64,000 nt of DNA, taken from assembly GCA_004764695.1 (NCBI GenBank), contig SMSO01000037.1:4626747-4690746 (forward strand), given 5' to 3'. This document shows, piece after piece, positions 59,915 through 64,000 of this stretch (positions are counted from its first letter, which is position 1; every line of letters begins with the position of its first letter). Source of the stretch: Schizochytrium sp. TIO01 (lineage: Eukaryota > Protista > Bigyra: Labyrinthulomycetes). A model generated the notes under the pieces. The model did no database searches. It was given only the letters and a program-made list of their open reading frames with translations, and was not told the DNA's origin. The translations under genes and the position numbers were made by a program.

Positions 59915-61732
59915 AACGTGCTTTCATTAAGCACATCTGTCTTTTGCTCATTGTGATCACAACTCCTGAGCATACGCAACTTCGAGCAAGACATTTTATT
60001 TTCTCTACACAGAGTGAAGTGATGCTTGTTCTTGCGCAAATGAGTATACATACATAGTACTTTCTTTTTTAAGATGACATAGACAATTTTTTGCCTTCTT
60101 TTGTTTTTGTTTCGAAATAAGAGTATTGGATACTCAATAGGTTCAATTAGCCAAGTACCTGCTCTTTTTTTGTAAGTCTAGTCTGTGGAATGATTTTCGT
60201 AGTTCGTATCTTAAAGGAAATGGGAAGCTCTAGCATATCTACCTGTCTTCGAGATTATCCACAGTCAAGATTACTCAATGTGATTCTCAGATTTAACTTT
60301 CGCATGTTTAGATTAATTTTGTTCATTTATAGTCATGCAGCTAAATTGCTTTAGGTCGCGATGGTTTCTGACAAAGTTATCTCTGAAGGGTTTTTTACCT
60401 ATTTCAGTGTATGAACAACAGCTTCGGACCTCGATAAAATATCTTTTGCTTTTCATCTTTACTTTTGGCAAAATTGGTTGGCAGAGTGTTAGGAGCCATC
60501 GGGAGAACTCTGAATCACACGTTATTCTGAGTTTCGCCAAGACTCTTTAATTCGCGAGAAGTTGTGGACCTGGCGTGGGATATTTCTTCCGATCATTTGC
60601 CGGGATCGAATAAATGCTTACATATCCAGCTAAACATAGTTTTCACTTTGCTCACTACAGTCTTGTTTTCAGAACCCTTTTTTTTTTAAAACATTGCTCA
60701 GAGCGACACTGCGAGCGAAAGCACGTGCCTTGATACTTGTCGGTAGAACTTTAGATATATAGTTATATGTTTTAATTTGAAAAATGAAAAAGCGTAGACT
60801 GCTCAATAACAGCTCCTGCGAACCACTTAGCTCAATATGATTAAAAGATGTCTCTATCGAAATTAGCAAAGATTTCAGTAATACGTCTCAAGTAATTTGA
60901 TTTTCTTGTTCTCCATATGCAGTTTTTAATTTTTTTGTTGCGGGACCATGTTTCCACATAACTGTTGCTCTCCCGGATCTGCTCTCTGGTATTAGATATG
61001 CAAGCAGCCAGCCAAGTCTCTGCCCGAAACCACCGGCACCAAACTTTGTTCCTCGAGGGCCCATCGTATTACTCCAGCGTCTCCTCAGCGAAAGCACAGC
61101 ACCGATAACCAAAGTCGGTACCAAGCCGTACAGTGGTTGTCGTACCAAAAGGGTTCGAGGCCAGGACTTCGTTAGTTTACAGCCCATCGCCACTTTCGTC
61201 CAGACACGTCGCATGTTCCGTACTATCCCCACCCGCCCTGAAACCTCGCTCTCTGCACTCCCTCCTCCCCAAACACCCACCCGCATCATCATCGTCATCA
61301 TCATCATCATCATCATCATGGTCTCCTTCAATTTATCAAACTCATCGTCGTCATCGTCAATGGTCCCGCCCTGCAGCACCAGTACCAATTCAGTCCCGCA
61401 TTCCTGGACCGAAAGACCCCGAGGGCCTACGCGCCCTTAGCCGACTCCTACCGCCGCCCACGCTTTGAAAGACCCGCGTCTTTCAATCGCTGCGAATTCA
61501 CAAACGTTCGGGTTTTTCCCTTCCTCTGGAAGGGTAGCAGTCAGCTACGGCACGACTAGGACCCTCCAACTGGCATCGATGTTTGGCGCTCTGTCCTGCT
61601 CGAGCGACCGACCAACCAACTGCCGCTGCCGCGGCTGCAGGCTGGCAGCGGAGCGCGGGAAGACGCACGAAGGCGGCTCAGCGATGCCCGCCCCGGCTGC
61701 AGGCCGCGAGGCGGACGAGCAGAGAGGCAGAG

Positions 61733-62432
61733 ATGGGCAAGAAGGGCTCGAACGTACTTGCAGAGGAAAAGAAAGACCTGAAAGACAACCACGGCACGTA
61801 CACTTCCACCTTAAAGGCCGTGAGTTTAAGGTGGCAGAAGGACCGTTAAGCTTCCCTCTGCCCCAGTGGGGCGTGTGAGGCGAAATCACTGTACTCGTAA
61901 CTTTCGGCTGATTCTGCATGTATTTAGATAGGTAGTGGAAAGGGAGAGAGGTGTGGGTGAGTAAAGAGGTCTTCAGAGGCGAATACACTGGGAACTATTT
62001 ACCTCACAGTAGGAGGGGCCAGTGGAGACTTAGAGGGCACAGAACCGACTGTTGAGCAACTGAACATGAAAGATGGATATCCGTGAGAGAGCGTGGGCCT
62101 AGTGGAAATCCGACCCAAACGAGGTCACCTTGTCTATCCCGATTCCTAAAAAAGGCGGCCATTGGCACATCGCTGCGCGACTTGCCTCGTCGCGTACCCA
62201 ACGTACCCCCTTTGAGCCCTTCCTCGCTGCGTCTCTAAGCGGTTATTTTGTCTGAGGCTCCCAATATCTCGTTTTCTGGTTTCTTTCCTTCTTTTTTCTT
62301 CTTTTCAATCAGTATCCCATTCCATCCATACCAGCGGCATCGCGCATCCAGACCAGTCCGAGCGGCGCAGAGAACGACTTAGCAACAAAACGTAGCTACC
62401 AGGCCGCGATCTTCGGCAGCTCTGAGACCTAG
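61733..62432 (+). other. Possible two-exon small ORF (exon 1 61733-61819, exon 2 62313-62432; 68 aa)
   Basis: ATG, 29 codons, then a GTGAGT donor. A long pyrimidine tract plus CAG acceptor ends at 62312. The phase-0 join stays open to TAG 62430-62432. Confidence 0.3.
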
Positions 62433-62797
62433 TCAGTCTTTGCTTCTTCTCTTGTAGCGTTCTGGTCGCGGCGGCTTTGGGTATCGCTTCGTCCTCATCG
62501 GCATCTAACGCCATTCGATTGATTCTTACTGCGCGGAAGTCTCGCGAAGACCTCTACAAGCGCAGAGAGGTCACCTCCACGGGTCACAAGTTCTCAAAAG
62601 CTGCTGCTGGAGGGCCCTCCCGCGAGACAGGCGGTGTGCAGAGGCCCTCTGCGATAGTGAATCCCAGATTGGGCTTAGCCCTGAAAGTAACATTCGAAAT
62701 TTCCAGGTGAAACGTCGCTTCTAAGACGTCTTTCAAGCTTGTTTGAGAACGCGGAACTGCAGTTTAAGACTAGGTCTCTGCCGAACAGATCACAATA

Positions 62798-64000
62798 ATG
62801 TCACGCAACCAGGCTCCGCTTGGGGAGATTGGCCAGAGCAGTATTGCTCAGCACGTGAGTAAGGCAAATGGCAGTGCCAAGCAGCAGCAGCAATTTTGCT
62901 GGGACGAGAATGATAATAATTCTGAAAATGTGCGTCATGAGAATGCAGAGAACAACAGCAATGGAGGCAATAATGTGCTCCGCAAGCAGACCGCTCGCAA
63001 GGCTGTGCGAGGCGGAAAGATCTCTAACGGCGTTGGCCGGAGAGCGTCTGTTTCATCTGCATCTTCTGTATCAGTTGCATCTTCGGTGGCATCACCTAAA
63101 GCGATGGCCGCAGCCTCGGCGGCGGCACACAGTCTAAACGGGGTCAGCGGGGAATCTAAAGCAAAGTCACAACGCGCCACGAGGGAGGCAATAGAGAGTC
63201 CCTTGGAGGAGCTGAACACTCTTAGATCCACCAACAAGGAGGACGAGGCGGGAGTGGCTGAGGGCCTTGATCACCCTCACCTCCGCGATATTGAGAGAAA
63301 GCACGATGATGACACGGTGGAGGAGAACGAACCCCTGGCATTCCAGCGTGCAAAGCGCGATATGGGTATTGCGACTGCACGTGTCAAACCGGAACCTGAA
63401 CAGGAATTACAAACACTCGTCGCGGAGCCGCGTAAGAGAACGAGCACAGCAACAAAGGCAAGTCCACGTCTTGAAGAACTCAAAACCACAGCAGAAGCCC
63501 TGGGTACTGATGCACACGGCGCACCAAAGATAGTCTCTGCAGCAAGTACTAGTGAGTCTGATGCCACCAAGACAGGATCCACATGGCGTATTATAGGTCT
63601 TTTGACACTAGCTGCCCTGTTCGGCGCGCTTATCAGTATGATTGTGACTCCACGAGTCGTCGAACAGATGAAACCATCACCCACAATTCCTTTTGTGTCA
63701 AGCAAATCCTTCTTTCACTCCGTTTCGATTGGTGAACCTTTCGAGTTTGAGCTTGACGTCAGTAATGGCTCCCCCCCACTCAAGTTTCAGTGGCGCTTGA
63801 ATGGCGTCAATGTTGCAGGTGCTACAGACTCTATTTTACGCGTACCTAGCGTCACCTTGAGAGACAGCGGCACGTACTCTTGTGTCGTAGAAAATGAAGC
63901 TGGCCGAGTTCTTTGGGAGGAAGGTTATCTGAATGTGATTGAAGGTCAGGAGTCCCGATTCAGTTCTGATGCTTCCAGCCAAGATGCCCATTCTGAAGAA
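62798..64000 (+). CDS. Type II single-pass membrane protein with a C-terminal Ig-like domain and an N-terminal histone H3-tail-like motif (3'-truncated by the window)
   Basis: Manually translated open frame from ATG 62798 to the window end with no stop. No signal peptide; TM IIGLLTLAALFGALISMIV (63590-63646); Ig GSPPLKFQWRLNG...GAT..IL..V...DSGTYSCVVENEAG (~63680-63940). Confidence 0.88.
   Translation, partial: MSRNQAPLGEIGQSSIAQHVSKANGSAKQQQQFCWDENDNNSENVRHENAENNSNGGNNVLRKQTARKAVRGGKISNGVGRRASVSSASSVSVASSVASPKAMAAASAAAHSLNGVSGESKAKSQRATREAIESPLEELNTLRSTNKEDEAGVAEGLDHPHLRDIERKHDDDTVEENEPLAFQRAKRDMGIATARVKPEPEQELQTLVAEPRKRTSTATKASPRLEELKTTAEALGTDAHGAPKIVSAASTSESDATKTGSTWRIIGLLTLAALFGALISMIVTPRVVEQMKPSPTIPFVSSKSFFHSVSIGEPFEFELDVSNGSPPLKFQWRLNGVNVAGATDSILRVPSVTLRDSGTYSCVVENEAGRVLWEEGYLNVIEGQESRFSSDASSQDAHSEE

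Overview
Eukaryotic, intron-poor protist genomic DNA. Gene content and style suggest a stramenopile, most plausibly a thraustochytrid/labyrinthulomycete (inference): single-exon GC-rich genes, an AP2 factor, a Dam1/DASH subunit, and AT-rich microsatellite-laden spacers. About 15 protein genes are supported: AP2/ERF TF, mitochondrial RF1, lysosomal-type acid phosphatase, secreted class-3 lipase, Dad4, TBC RabGAP, a LIR/coiled-coil/C-terminal-TM protein, a KHA/DCX-like-Rab2 fusion, a small unknown protein, FAM210/DUF1279, PEX19, HDDC2-like, an acylated TKL kinase, and a 3'-truncated type II membrane Ig protein missing from the ORF track. There is also one tRNA-Thr(AGT). Mobile or decayed DNA comprises two related ~220-230 bp solo-LTR-like insertions, each with its own 5-bp TSD and internal TTAGG repeats, and a ~5 kb decayed AT-rich reading frame carrying an inverted AIFM2-like fragment. 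The most novel-looking signals are: (1) a histone H3 K4-K14 tail mimic (KQTARKAVRGGK) on the cytosolic/nucleoplasmic side of a single-pass protein with a bacterial-style Ig domain; (2) the KHA/DCX-Rab2 fusion; (3) a candidate selective-autophagy receptor/tether beside it, plus a LIR-bearing split-TBC RabGAP nearby. All calls come from motif recognition by eye; no searches were run.
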